From: an uncultured Thermoplasmata archaeon
GTDB lineage: Archaea > Thermoplasmatota > Poseidoniia > MGIII > CG-Epi1
NCBI GenBank assembly: GCA_964015055.1
Contig: CAXHBG010000003.1
Coordinates: forward strand, 1-37,506
Direction of reading: 5' to 3'
DNA: 37,506 nucleotides
Made by a program: the position numbers and the translations under genes. Shown one piece after another: positions 28,807-37,506 of the stretch (within the stretch, counting starts at the first letter, position 1; each line of letters starts with the position of its first letter). The notes under the pieces are model-generated. The model ran no database searches and was not told the origin of the DNA. It saw nothing but the letters and a program-made list of their open reading frames with translations.

Positions 28807-29505
28807 TTACCAGAATTTCCACCATGATTTTTTATTTCTCACAGTTTCATTTTTCATCTTTTTAGCAAGTTCAGGATTCCCTTCAGACATTGCTTTCATT
28901 ATTGCCATGTCTAAACTACGATATGCTATTTTCCCTGCAGGACTAATATTCATAATTTTTTCAAGAATTTGAGTAGGAATTTCACTAACTAACTTAAGTC
29001 TGTCTTGGTCAAACTCAATACTTGCTGAGGCCTCGACGTTTTCTCCTATTGCGCTTGATAAAAGGCTAGAAAGATCAGTTCCATTATCTTTTTCTTTTTC
29101 TCTAAACCACATAGCAAAGCCCGATAGAAAAACGTATTCGCTAATAATCCATTCTGATAGGTTTTTAATTTCAAAATCACGCTTTATCCTTCCGTTTTCT
29201 TCCCAATATTTAGCTACATGGTTGAGAAATTTATTATCTATAGTTTCTTTTAAAATTTGAGATTCGAAGTCGCTTATTTTTATCTCGTTGGCTATTTCCT
29301 CGCCTATCCAATCAATTTTACAAGTAATATAAAGTTCTTTATCAGTTTCTTTTTCAAAATATTTCTTAAATTTAGGTATGGAAATAATGGTAGAAATTTT
29401 GTCTGCAGTCAAACCACTTTTCTTAATACACTCTTCAATGGTTGATTTAGAATCTAATATTGATAGAAATAGAATTCCTACATTTTTTTCATCATCATTA
29501 ATCAT
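28807..29505 (-). CDS. Hypothetical protein with C-terminal KKSWWKFW
   Basis: 232-aa ORF overlapping the ipk stop; no family recognised. Confidence 0.7.
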   Translation of the reverse strand: MINDDEKNVGILFLSILDSKSTIEECIKKSGLTADKISTIISIPKFKKYFEKETDKELYITCKIDWIGEEIANEIKISDFESQILKETIDNKFLNHVAKYWEENGRIKRDFEIKNLSEWIISEYVFLSGFAMWFREKEKDNGTDLSSLLSSAIGENVEASASIEFDQDRLKLVSEIPTQILEKIMNISPAGKIAYRSLDMAIMKAMSEGNPELAKKMKNETVRNKKSWWKFW

Positions 29506-30280
29506 TAATCACTCTTGTTCCTTTAGGTATGCCGTTAACACAATCATCGAGATTATCTAGACCACTAATCCAACACTCGCTATAATTTGAAATTTGAAGG
29601 GCACATTTAATTTTGTTAAGTAAACCTCCTGTTACGTCAGGCCTGTCTCCTTCATTGTGTATAGACACTTCATTTACAAACTTTGAGTTGATTTTGTTAT
29701 GTATTTCAATTTCACCTGCATCCAAACTTCCCTTAACTACGCCTGGATAGTCCATTACAAAAAATGTCCTCTTAGGTTTGTATAGTTCAGCTAATTTTAG
29801 TAATAAAGTATCTCCACTCAGTATTCCAACGTTATTTTCTTTTGTATTAACAACATCGCCAAATGTTGTAGCTATCTTTCCCATAGAAATTATTTCATCG
29901 AATTTTCGTTTGGGAAAATGTATAACTTCATTTTCACGATTTATCATCATAGATTTTGAAGGTATAATACTTTCACAATCAAGCCCGACTTCAGCTATGG
30001 ATTTGCACAATAGTTGATTTAATTCTCTCATTTGTTTTTTAGCTTTTGCAATGGCCTCTAATTGTTCATCAGTTCCATCTAAACCGTTACCAATTTTATA
30101 TTTTTTAGCAAGGGGATGTGCATAGGATCCAGCACCATGTACGATAATAATTTTTTTGTTAGATTTTGAAATTGTTTCAGCTATTCTAGTAATATTTTTT
30201 TTACGGCATTTAGGAGTCTGACTTTTCTTATTAGTAATAACTGAACCTCCCAATTTCATCAATATGAGATCATCTGCCAT
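29498..30280 (-). CDS. ipk: Isopentenyl phosphate kinase
   Basis: KLGGSVITNK, VHGAGSYAH (IPK-signature His), ILSGD, DVTGG. Confidence 0.88.
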   Translation of the reverse strand: MADDLILMKLGGSVITNKKSQTPKCRKKNITRIAETISKSNKKIIIVHGAGSYAHPLAKKYKIGNGLDGTDEQLEAIAKAKKQMRELNQLLCKSIAEVGLDCESIIPSKSMMINRENEVIHFPKRKFDEIISMGKIATTFGDVVNTKENNVGILSGDTLLLKLAELYKPKRTFFVMDYPGVVKGSLDAGEIEIHNKINSKFVNEVSIHNEGDRPDVTGGLLNKIKCALQISNYSECWISGLDNLDDCVNGIPKGTRVIND

Positions 30281-30337
30281 GGCATTCTATAGCTTGGCAC
30301 ACAAAAAGGTACACTGCGTAATTATATAGGGAATTTT

Positions 30338-31483
30338 GTGGCAGCTGTGGATAACAAAATCAAACTTGCTCTTTTGGGTGCATTTTGCTATAATTTGACT
30401 CAAGGCCTTTCTTTTACTTTAATTCGTCTTCAGGCAAATTTTTTAGGTGATTTCCGTACATTGGGATTAGTTGTAGGTTTACCCAATTTTGCATTGGTTG
30501 CAGGTTCAACTTTCTGGGGATATGTTGCAGATAAATGGAGAAGCAGAAAAAATGTAGTTGTTCTTTGTTCTATTGTCACAGCTTTGTTATATCTTCCTTT
30601 GCCTTGGTTAGGACCATTAGAATTAGTATTAGTACGTACAATTCAGTCATTTTTTCTTGGTGGTATGGTTCAAATTGCTACAATGTTTTCAGAACTAGAT
30701 TCATCCGCTAGAGGTTCGTTTATGGGGCGGTTAGAAGCAGTACTTGGATTGGGATGGGGTGTAGGTGCTTTTGCAGGTGCATATATTGTAAGTGAAGACG
30801 ACTATGGGCTAGGCAGTGGTCCTGTAGTATTTTCCTTTTTCTTAACCGCTTTTTTAGGATTAATCTCGGTAATTGGGTACATGTCTTCCACCGAAAAGAA
30901 AAGAGAAATTTTAAAGGATAAAGATGATTTCTTTTTTTATTTTAAAAGATTATCTCGATTATTTATTATTACGTTTATTTTATTTATGGGATATATATTT
31001 TTCCTAACCATATCCCCAGTTTATTTGACAGATATTGCAGGGTCCAGCAACAGAATGGGTTGGATTGTTTTGTGTAGTGGCCTCATACATGCAATAACTG
31101 CCCCTTACGCAGGAAATTTAATTGATAAATATCCAAGGGAGGCAGCTATTCGCATTGCATCAGTATTTGTAATTTTTTCAATGTTAGCTTATTCTTTCAC
31201 AGTAAATCTCTATGCTATAACCTTAGTATTCACAATTCCGATTTACATGACTTTCTTCCTAGGGGCTAGGACAATCGTTGCCGATACGGTACCTTATGAT
31301 TTAAGGGCAAGAATGATGGGTTTGCTTAGCTCTTTTAGTCTGCTTGGCAGCGGGCTTGGAAGTTTAATCGTAGGGGAACTATTGCTTTACTATGATGAGC
31401 AGCAAGTATTTCTTTTTGGAGCTTTAATTGCCTCAATTGCTTTTATTTTATCATTAAAGGATTTTTCTCATTTGAAAAATTAA
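30338..31483 (+). CDS. MFS transporter
   Basis: About 12 hydrophobic helices; motif-A-like WGYVADKWRSRK and GNLIDKYPR. Exact start uncertain. Confidence 0.88.
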   Translation: MAAVDNKIKLALLGAFCYNLTQGLSFTLIRLQANFLGDFRTLGLVVGLPNFALVAGSTFWGYVADKWRSRKNVVVLCSIVTALLYLPLPWLGPLELVLVRTIQSFFLGGMVQIATMFSELDSSARGSFMGRLEAVLGLGWGVGAFAGAYIVSEDDYGLGSGPVVFSFFLTAFLGLISVIGYMSSTEKKREILKDKDDFFFYFKRLSRLFIITFILFMGYIFFLTISPVYLTDIAGSSNRMGWIVLCSGLIHAITAPYAGNLIDKYPREAAIRIASVFVIFSMLAYSFTVNLYAITLVFTIPIYMTFFLGARTIVADTVPYDLRARMMGLLSSFSLLGSGLGSLIVGELLLYYDEQQVFLFGALIASIAFILSLKDFSHLKN

Positions 31484-32573
31484 TACTTATTTTCTTTTCT
31501 TTAAGATAATTAATAATGTAATCAAAGTAATTTTGATTTGACCCTAATTGTTCAGGAGGAATAACTCCTATATTTTTTAGTTCTTTTTCTAAGACAAGAT
31601 TTACGATAGCACAAGCAGTTAGTCCAGTTGTTCTTGACATGCTACTCCATCCATCTTTCCATTCATCATAAACAACGTAAGAAATCTCTCTAGAGTCCAT
31701 TGTCTTAGCTGTAATTATTAAAAGTGTGAATTCTTCGTCTGTTTCGGTTAATTTCCATTCCTTGAATAATTTATTAGTGGTAAGTTCCTTTTGATTAACT
31801 ATTTTTCCGTTGCGAGATATTGTAGTGTTATCTAGTTTTCCGCTATCAATCAACTCCGAAATCATACTAGAATGTCCCGGATATCTAATTGTATACTCTA
31901 GCAGAGTTGGTATGTCTCTTGTTAATTTGGAGTCTAGTAAGGTTCTAAGGCCATCGGTTAAAAATGCTTCTAGTTTTCCTATTTCTTCCATTTCAAAGTC
32001 AAGTTTCCCTGTCAGAGCATTTACAGTTTTAATTTGACCATCTTCTTTGATTCTTGCAGGCCTTGTATATTCCTCAATTACATCAATTGGCGAGAAAGGA
32101 GCTTTGTAATTCCAAGGTGGATTCTTTTCTTTTGGCAATCCACCTACCATTATTTTTATTTCATTGATATCGTAATTGGTTATTAAATTTCCTACAATTA
32201 TGTTACTTAATCCAGGGGCAACTCCAGCGTCTGGATATAGTGCAGTTTTGGCCTTATTAGCGTAATCCTCTAAATCATAACAGTCTTCAGGCATAAACGA
32301 AATGTCTACGCATGTTTTTTCTTTAAGTATTTTTTTGGAAGTATTAAACCCCATGAATCCTGGTACACAATTAACAATTAAATCGGCATTTAAACCTGCC
32401 AGAAAATCTTGTTTAACGATGTCCATTTTGTTAGTGATAATTTTAGGATTGTAACTATTTAATAAATTCAAATTTTCTAAATTATTATCAATGGCAAAAA
32501 CTTGATAATCTCTAGATAGTTCAACTGCAATCAATCTTCCAACCATCCCAGTTCCTATTACAGCAATGTTCAT
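31443..32573 (-). CDS. Saccharopine dehydrogenase family protein (lysine 6-dehydrogenase-like)
   Basis: GTGMVG, VDISF, DAGVAPGLSN, VGGLP, FSP.DVIEEYTRPAR, TDGLRTL, TIRYPGH, MSRTTG. Confidence 0.85.
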   Translation of the reverse strand: MNIAVIGTGMVGRLIAVELSRDYQVFAIDNNLENLNLLNSYNPKIITNKMDIVKQDFLAGLNADLIVNCVPGFMGFNTSKKILKEKTCVDISFMPEDCYDLEDYANKAKTALYPDAGVAPGLSNIIVGNLITNYDINEIKIMVGGLPKEKNPPWNYKAPFSPIDVIEEYTRPARIKEDGQIKTVNALTGKLDFEMEEIGKLEAFLTDGLRTLLDSKLTRDIPTLLEYTIRYPGHSSMISELIDSGKLDNTTISRNGKIVNQKELTTNKLFKEWKLTETDEEFTLLIITAKTMDSREISYVVYDEWKDGWSSMSRTTGLTACAIVNLVLEKELKNIGVIPPEQLGSNQNYFDYIINYLKEKKISINFSNEKNPLMIK

Positions 32574-32935
32574 TAAACTTTTAATTTTTCTCTAGAGACT
32601 CTTACACCATTAGGTGTTGCTAGTATCCATTTTTGACTAACACCAACTAAATCTCCATCAATATCAGCAATAGCCCTCTCTAGTTCAGCTAAAACCTTGT
32701 GCAAAGTCTCTTGATCCGAGGTTAATGGCGTAAAATCAATTAGAACTATGTTACCGTCATGTAGTTCTGAGGTAATTCGATTAACTTGATCTCTTTTACT
32801 AAGCAAAATCGTATGAACTATCATTGATGCTTTTTCTCCATAATCTTCGGCTTTATCAGCACTCCAACTTCTTAAATCAAAAAACTGTTCGTCAGGAATC
32901 CGTCTCATTTGCGGTGGCGCTGCACTCATAATCAT
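32573..32935 (-). CDS. sepF: Cell division protein SepF
   Basis: L.DGNIVLIDF, IDGDLVGV, ILATPNGVRVSR. Start may be 32929. Confidence 0.85.
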   Translation of the reverse strand: MIMSAAPPQMRRIPDEQFFDLRSWSADKAEDYGEKASMIVHTILLSKRDQVNRITSELHDGNIVLIDFTPLTSDQETLHKVLAELERAIADIDGDLVGVSQKWILATPNGVRVSREKLKV

Positions 32936-32949
32936 TCATCCAATGTATG

Positions 32950-35900
32950 TTAATTAGGTTTGCTACGTTTGAATGAAACAACAATACACATGGTAATAAT
33001 ACAGGATAACAATGATAAGCTTGGTAGTAATCCACTTTTTCTTTCGGATTCGAAAATTTGCTCTTTAGTATACTCATTGTTTTCCTTATTAATTTCACCG
33101 TCATTAACGTAAGCTTTCACATTAAATTCATGGTAATTGCCAGTAGATGTCCACTCGAATTTGAAACTCTCGCTATTCTCCGGCTCTATACTGAATGAGG
33201 AGGTGTGTACTAGTTCAGAGTCTATGAAAAGTTCATAATAACCTGTAGCAGTATATCCGTTGTAGTTTGTACTATTGTACGTCTCGTTGTAATTAGTTAA
33301 TATGGTTTCAATTTGATGTTTTGCTCCCTTCTCTTTTGAGCCACTTATCTTGATGTCGCTTACGAATATATCAGCCCAGCCTATGACATTAACAGAGCTA
33401 CTACTTTCATTTTTATTCCCACTTTCATCTATTAACGAGTATTCTAATATGATTACTCCAGCATATTCAACTTCAAAAATCAAATTGAAATTAGCACCTT
33501 GGTTAATATATTCAAACTCGGCTCTTTCATTTTCTTTATTGTCAATTATTTTAATTTTAAGATATTCGATGTTAGCATCAGTTTCGACGTCAAATGCATT
33601 TAAATAGATTTCAAAATCTTCTCCTACACGAGGAGTTGTTGGACTGGTTTGCAAAACTCCCGTTGGCTTTGAGTTAAGATAGATTTCAGACTCGTAATAT
33701 GCAATGCCCACTGGCTCCTGTTCAACTGTTAGGTTCATAACATGATACCCTCCAGAGTCGATAAATGTCGAAATTATAGCATTATCGCTATCTAAAATAT
33801 TTCCATCTAGTTTCCATACGTAATTCAAGTTTAATCCAGTAGATTTACTGCCATTGAAGCCAATCCACGTATCTTCGTTAATGTCACTATCAAACTCAAA
33901 GTAGGCAGTTGGTTTGTCATACACAATTATATCTAGTTCCACATCATTTGTCCACAAATTGCTTTCTGAATCTCTGGCACTAGCAATTAGCTTGTAATCT
34001 CCGCGCACGTCAAATTTGATATTTTTAGATAAGTTCACATTTATTTCGTCAGAAAGTAAGATTAAATTAGACGAACTGACTTGATATATCTTCCATTCAT
34101 AAAGATTAACATCCCCGAAAGTAGATGTGATTATTTCAGCATCTTGGTTAACAACAAGATTGATTTCATTATAATTTAAGTCAAGGATAGGTAAATTGGT
34201 TCCAGTCAAAATAAACGTTTCAGTTGTGTTTGCTCCTCTTGGGTCACTTACAGTTAATTCTATGTTGTGTTCGCCCTCGACAAACAAAAGATCTAAATGT
34301 TGTCCATAGTAAGTTGTTGAGTCGTATTCCCACTTATATGTAAGTATTGTATTGTCGTTATCTAAAGATACACCAGCATCAATACGTACCTCTCTACTGG
34401 TAGGAATTATCCATTGATTTTCTCCTCCCATAATTCCTTCTTCTATAGCTATATCAGGATTCGGAGGTGAATTATTAACAAAAATTATTATAGTTGATGA
34501 GTTTACTCCATTTTGATCATCAGTCAAGGTCAGTGTTACATTGTAGTATCCAGGATATGAATAATAGTGGCTAGGGCTGACTTCATTTGATATATTTCCA
34601 TCGCCAAATTGCCAAAGCCATTCTTCAATTTCTCCATCAGTGTCAGTAGATGAATCAATGAATTCAAACAATGTTAGTGTATTACCATCGTTTGGGCTTA
34701 CACTAAAGGATATTTCGGGCAATGAATTAATAACTTCAATTGTGTAATAGGTAGTGCTAATATCATTCAGATTATCTATTAATTTCAAAGATACATTGAA
34801 TATACCTGAATCACCATAAGTATGTTCTTTTATGATTTGGTTGGAGGTTCTTCCGTCGTCAAAATTCCAATAATAAAAATCAATTTCACCATCTAAATCA
34901 TATGAGTTAGATGCATCAAATGTTATACTTTCACCAAGCATGATTACAGTTTTTGAAATACTGATATTAGCAACAGGTGGCTTATTAACGAAAATATTGA
35001 GTATGTAAGTGTCCTCAAGTCCATTATTGTCTCTTACAGTTAGTGTTACATTGTAATTACCGTTTTCTGTAAATATGTGAACGGGATTGTCAATATAGTT
35101 GTATTTACCGTCTCCAAAATCCCAAGTATAATTCACTATCTGACCGTCTTCATCCCATGACTCGTTTCCGTAGAATTGTAAGGCCTCCCCTTCAGCTACT
35201 ACTGCCTCATCTGCGTCTGCAATGGCATGTGGTTTTGATAGAAAGCTGATATCCACAATAATATTGTTACCATCTACTTCAATATTATCAATTTTCCAGC
35301 CAGATTCAGATCCATTGTATGCTAAAGAATTAGGATATGTATCTTTAGCAAATGATCCCGACCTGAAAGGGTCACCGCTGTCTCCTCTATTTGCTCCCGA
35401 GTCCAAATCATCATTACCATCAGCTTCCTCTAAATCCATTCCCTTATGATCTTCATCATTGTTGACAGTATTTGAGCTCCATTTGGAAAACATTATTTCT
35501 TCATCAATGTGCCAAATCAAAAGTCCCTCTCCAGGTAAATATGTATCATATTTTGTCTGCTGCCTATTTTCTAGTAAGAAATATTGTTCTGAGTCTGTCC
35601 AGTTACCTGGTATTGGCAGTTTGTAAATTTTACCGCCTTCTGAAACCGGTTCGATGACAAGATTAGCGATATCGCCTTGAACAATTACAGGTTCATCCCA
35701 ACCCAGCCAATATCGCGAATATGCACTAAAGTATACAGGTGTCTCACCATTGTTTCCCCAAGATCCAGCTGCCATCACAGCCCAATTACCTGCACCCTCT
35801 GAACTTCCGTCAGTGTCATAGTAATCTGGCAGTCCTAGCTCATGGCCAAATTCATGGCACCAAACTCCTAGGGGATTTTTTTCTCCATTTGATAACTGAT

Positions 35901-36417
35901 ATTCTGGAACTTGACTTATTCCGTCTACAAAGTGTTCATTACCGTTTTCATCTTCGTCTTCAGTACTAATTGTTAAAGTTGGCCAATGCGCTGACCAAAT
36001 GTCATTACTGTTCCCAGATGATTCTCCTCCTGGGCCAGAGTGTATTGCTACTACTGCATCATAATCAGGATAATATATATCATCATCAGCAATCTCCACA
36101 CTATCTCTAACAAAGCTAGAACCGCTAGAATAATCAGCAGCGTCTCCGTCCAAAGTATATGGGCCATAAACATTACCTTCAATATTTAGAGCACCTTTAG
36201 AAACTTCATCAAAATAGTCCCACATTGAGTTAGTGTTTGCAAATGCAGTGTCTTCAAAATAATCCTGATCATATTCCTCCTGAAAATCTTGGTCTTCAAA
36301 TCCGACCATTATGAAAGCTACACTTATGTTTCCGCTTTTAGGGGCTGCACTTGCTGAGTTAGCTGCCATTATGGCTAAAAATAATAATCCGATTACCAAT
36401 AAATATCTTGCACTCAC
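32950..36417 (-). CDS. Secreted M6-family (immune inhibitor A-like) metalloprotease with PKD repeats and a C-terminal anchor
   Basis: Signal peptide, HSGPGGE, HEFGHELGLPDYYD zinc motif, Met-turn VMAAGSW, FLLENRQ, GLLIWH, PKD motifs WDFGDG/WNFDDG/WQFGDG, C-terminal LPS + TM helix + KRSK. Confidence 0.9.
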   Translation of the reverse strand: MSARYLLVIGLLFLAIMAANSASAAPKSGNISVAFIMVGFEDQDFQEEYDQDYFEDTAFANTNSMWDYFDEVSKGALNIEGNVYGPYTLDGDAADYSSGSSFVRDSVEIADDDIYYPDYDAVVAIHSGPGGESSGNSNDIWSAHWPTLTISTEDEDENGNEHFVDGISQVPEYQLSNGEKNPLGVWCHEFGHELGLPDYYDTDGSSEGAGNWAVMAAGSWGNNGETPVYFSAYSRYWLGWDEPVIVQGDIANLVIEPVSEGGKIYKLPIPGNWTDSEQYFLLENRQQTKYDTYLPGEGLLIWHIDEEIMFSKWSSNTVNNDEDHKGMDLEEADGNDDLDSGANRGDSGDPFRSGSFAKDTYPNSLAYNGSESGWKIDNIEVDGNNIIVDISFLSKPHAIADADEAVVAEGEALQFYGNESWDEDGQIVNYTWDFGDGKYNYIDNPVHIFTENGNYNVTLTVRDNNGLEDTYILNIFVNKPPVANISISKTVIMLGESITFDASNSYDLDGEIDFYYWNFDDGRTSNQIIKEHTYGDSGIFNVSLKLIDNLNDISTTYYTIEVINSLPEISFSVSPNDGNTLTLFEFIDSSTDTDGEIEEWLWQFGDGNISNEVSPSHYYSYPGYYNVTLTLTDDQNGVNSSTIIIFVNNSPPNPDIAIEEGIMGGENQWIIPTSREVRIDAGVSLDNDNTILTYKWEYDSTTYYGQHLDLLFVEGEHNIELTVSDPRGANTTETFILTGTNLPILDLNYNEINLVVNQDAEIITSTFGDVNLYEWKIYQVSSSNLILLSDEINVNLSKNIKFDVRGDYKLIASARDSESNLWTNDVELDIIVYDKPTAYFEFDSDINEDTWIGFNGSKSTGLNLNYVWKLDGNILDSDNAIISTFIDSGGYHVMNLTVEQEPVGIAYYESEIYLNSKPTGVLQTSPTTPRVGEDFEIYLNAFDVETDANIEYLKIKIIDNKENERAEFEYINQGANFNLIFEVEYAGVIILEYSLIDESGNKNESSSSVNVIGWADIFVSDIKISGSKEKGAKHQIETILTNYNETYNSTNYNGYTATGYYELFIDSELVHTSSFSIEPENSESFKFEWTSTGNYHEFNVKAYVNDGEINKENNEYTKEQIFESERKSGLLPSLSLLSCIITMCIVVSFKRSKPN

Positions 36418-36449
36418 ACTTAGTTAATTAATAGGTTAGATATTAAACT

Positions 36450-37460
36450 TCAGCTTGAAACAAAGCCTAGAGGATCTGAGATAATGTTATCTCTTGACTC
36501 ATGGGAAATTTTAACTGGTTTGTCTCCAAAAAATACTTCACTATTATTTCTCATCGTATCAAGAGTAGCTACTCCCATTGCAAAGTTAACTGCAGCTCCG
36601 GCACGGAAACCGGCATATTCATCGGGTATTGAGTTCAGATATGCCTTGACAGGCTCAATATGTTTACATGCATTATCTAGCATGTAATCTAGAATTTGCA
36701 TTGATTTTTCTTTGTTGTCTTCATCAAGCAATTTCTCAGGCATGACTTGGTATTTTTCAAATAGGAAACCTGGCCAGAATATTTTTTCATTGTCCAGAAT
36801 ATCCTCCCTGAAATCTCTAATAATGTTGACTTTTTGAAGGAATAGTCCAAAATCTCTTTCATTTTCTTTAAGTATTGATGAATTTTCTTCGGACAAATCT
36901 TTTGATCTTTTCCTTATGAGTTCAGTTAAAAATCCTGATGGAGTACCTGCAACATAGTAACAATATTCATCTAAATCATCGAAGGAATAAACTTCTTGTT
37001 TCAGAAATTTTTGCATTCCAAAATTCATTTCTTTAAGCCATCTAACCATACATTCTTTTGTGGCTTCATCAAAACTACTGTGGACAGCTAAGACACTTTT
37101 CATATTTTTGACCAAATCTCTATATTTTGGATTTTGGACCATTTCATCAGCAGAACCGGTTAAAATGTCAATCTTTTCTTTTGTGCTTTCAGAGTTAGGA
37201 TTTTCTAAAATTTCCATTAACATATTCATAGCTTCGATTCTTTCTTCTAATGTAATTTCTCTTCTTCCGATATCATCTTCAAAGGTGTCCAAAATTCTAG
37301 CTTCTAGGTAGCCTACCATTATTGGACCAAGAATGTTTTCTTCAACTAACGGGATAGTTAAAGCAAATGATCTAGATACAGATTGTAATGCCCCTTTACA
37401 ATATTCCATACTATCCTGTAAGAGCTCTCCAGTTTTGCTTTTGACTGCTCCGTATAGTGA
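36450..37460 (-). CDS. Squalene/phytoene synthase family (squalene synthase-like), 5' end probably truncated
   Basis: VSRSFALTI, RILDTFEDD, DEYCYYVAG, LQKVNIIRDFRED. The ORF-track N-terminus MYKRQ comes from adapter sequence. Confidence 0.85.
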   Translation of the reverse strand, partial: SLYGAVKSKTGELLQDSMEYCKGALQSVSRSFALTIPLVEENILGPIMVGYLEARILDTFEDDIGRREITLEERIEAMNMLMEILENPNSESTKEKIDILTGSADEMVQNPKYRDLVKNMKSVLAVHSSFDEATKECMVRWLKEMNFGMQKFLKQEVYSFDDLDEYCYYVAGTPSGFLTELIRKRSKDLSEENSSILKENERDFGLFLQKVNIIRDFREDILDNEKIFWPGFLFEKYQVMPEKLLDEDNKEKSMQILDYMLDNACKHIEPVKAYLNSIPDEYAGFRAGAAVNFAMGVATLDTMRNNSEVFFGDKPVKISHESRDNIISDPLGFVSS

Positions 37461-37506
37461 CTGTCTCTTATACACATCTGACGCTGCCGACGACTTCGAC
37501 TGTGTA
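37461..37506 (+). other. Untrimmed Illumina Nextera adapter (Tn5 mosaic end + i5 side)
   Basis: CTGTCTCTTATACACATCT + GACGCTGCCGACGA + 8-nt index CTTCGACT + GTGTA. Confidence 0.98.

Noticed and set aside
32892-33104. 70-aa minus-strand ORF spanning the protease end and sepF start
   Set aside because: Out-of-frame overlap with two supported genes and no recognisable features.
34500-35200. Repeated W.F.DG segments as DNA repeats or a CRISPR-like array
   Set aside because: These are diverged protein-level PKD domains; I saw no regularly spaced identical nucleotide repeats in the window.
37461-37479. Tn5/IS50-like transposon end
   Set aside because: It is the synthetic mosaic end followed by Illumina primer and index sequence; no transposase is present.

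Overview
AT-rich (roughly 35-37% GC by eye), gene-dense chromosomal contig from a marine Thermoplasmata archaeon. Marine Group III is most likely and Group II is possible; the call is inferred from rpl10e, gar1, tfb, dtdA, ipk, ftsZ/sepF, large PKD/CARDB surface proteins and TATA-type, often leaderless promoters. It holds about 34 CDS. They include a 5'-truncated surface protein, a ttuA / tandem-RHH (CdrS-like) / ftsZ locus, bacterial-type TCA genes (icd, sucCD, and a three-gene mycobacterial Sdh1-like succinate dehydrogenase), a five-gene purine uptake/salvage cluster, amino-acid catabolism enzymes, an M6 protease with PKD domains, ipk and a squalene-synthase-like gene. I see no rRNA, tRNA, CRISPR array or mobile element. 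The best hidden signals lie in the unannotated 18787-19087 gap: a GC-rich ~60-nt hairpin whose loop carries anti-Shine-Dalgarno-like motifs (candidate sRNA), followed by a 47-aa Cys-rich micro-ORF absent from the ORF track. Also notable are two related 10-bp stem-loops, each exactly 22 nt after a stop codon. The last 46 nt are Illumina Nextera adapter, not biology. All functional calls rest on motif recognition; no database search was run.
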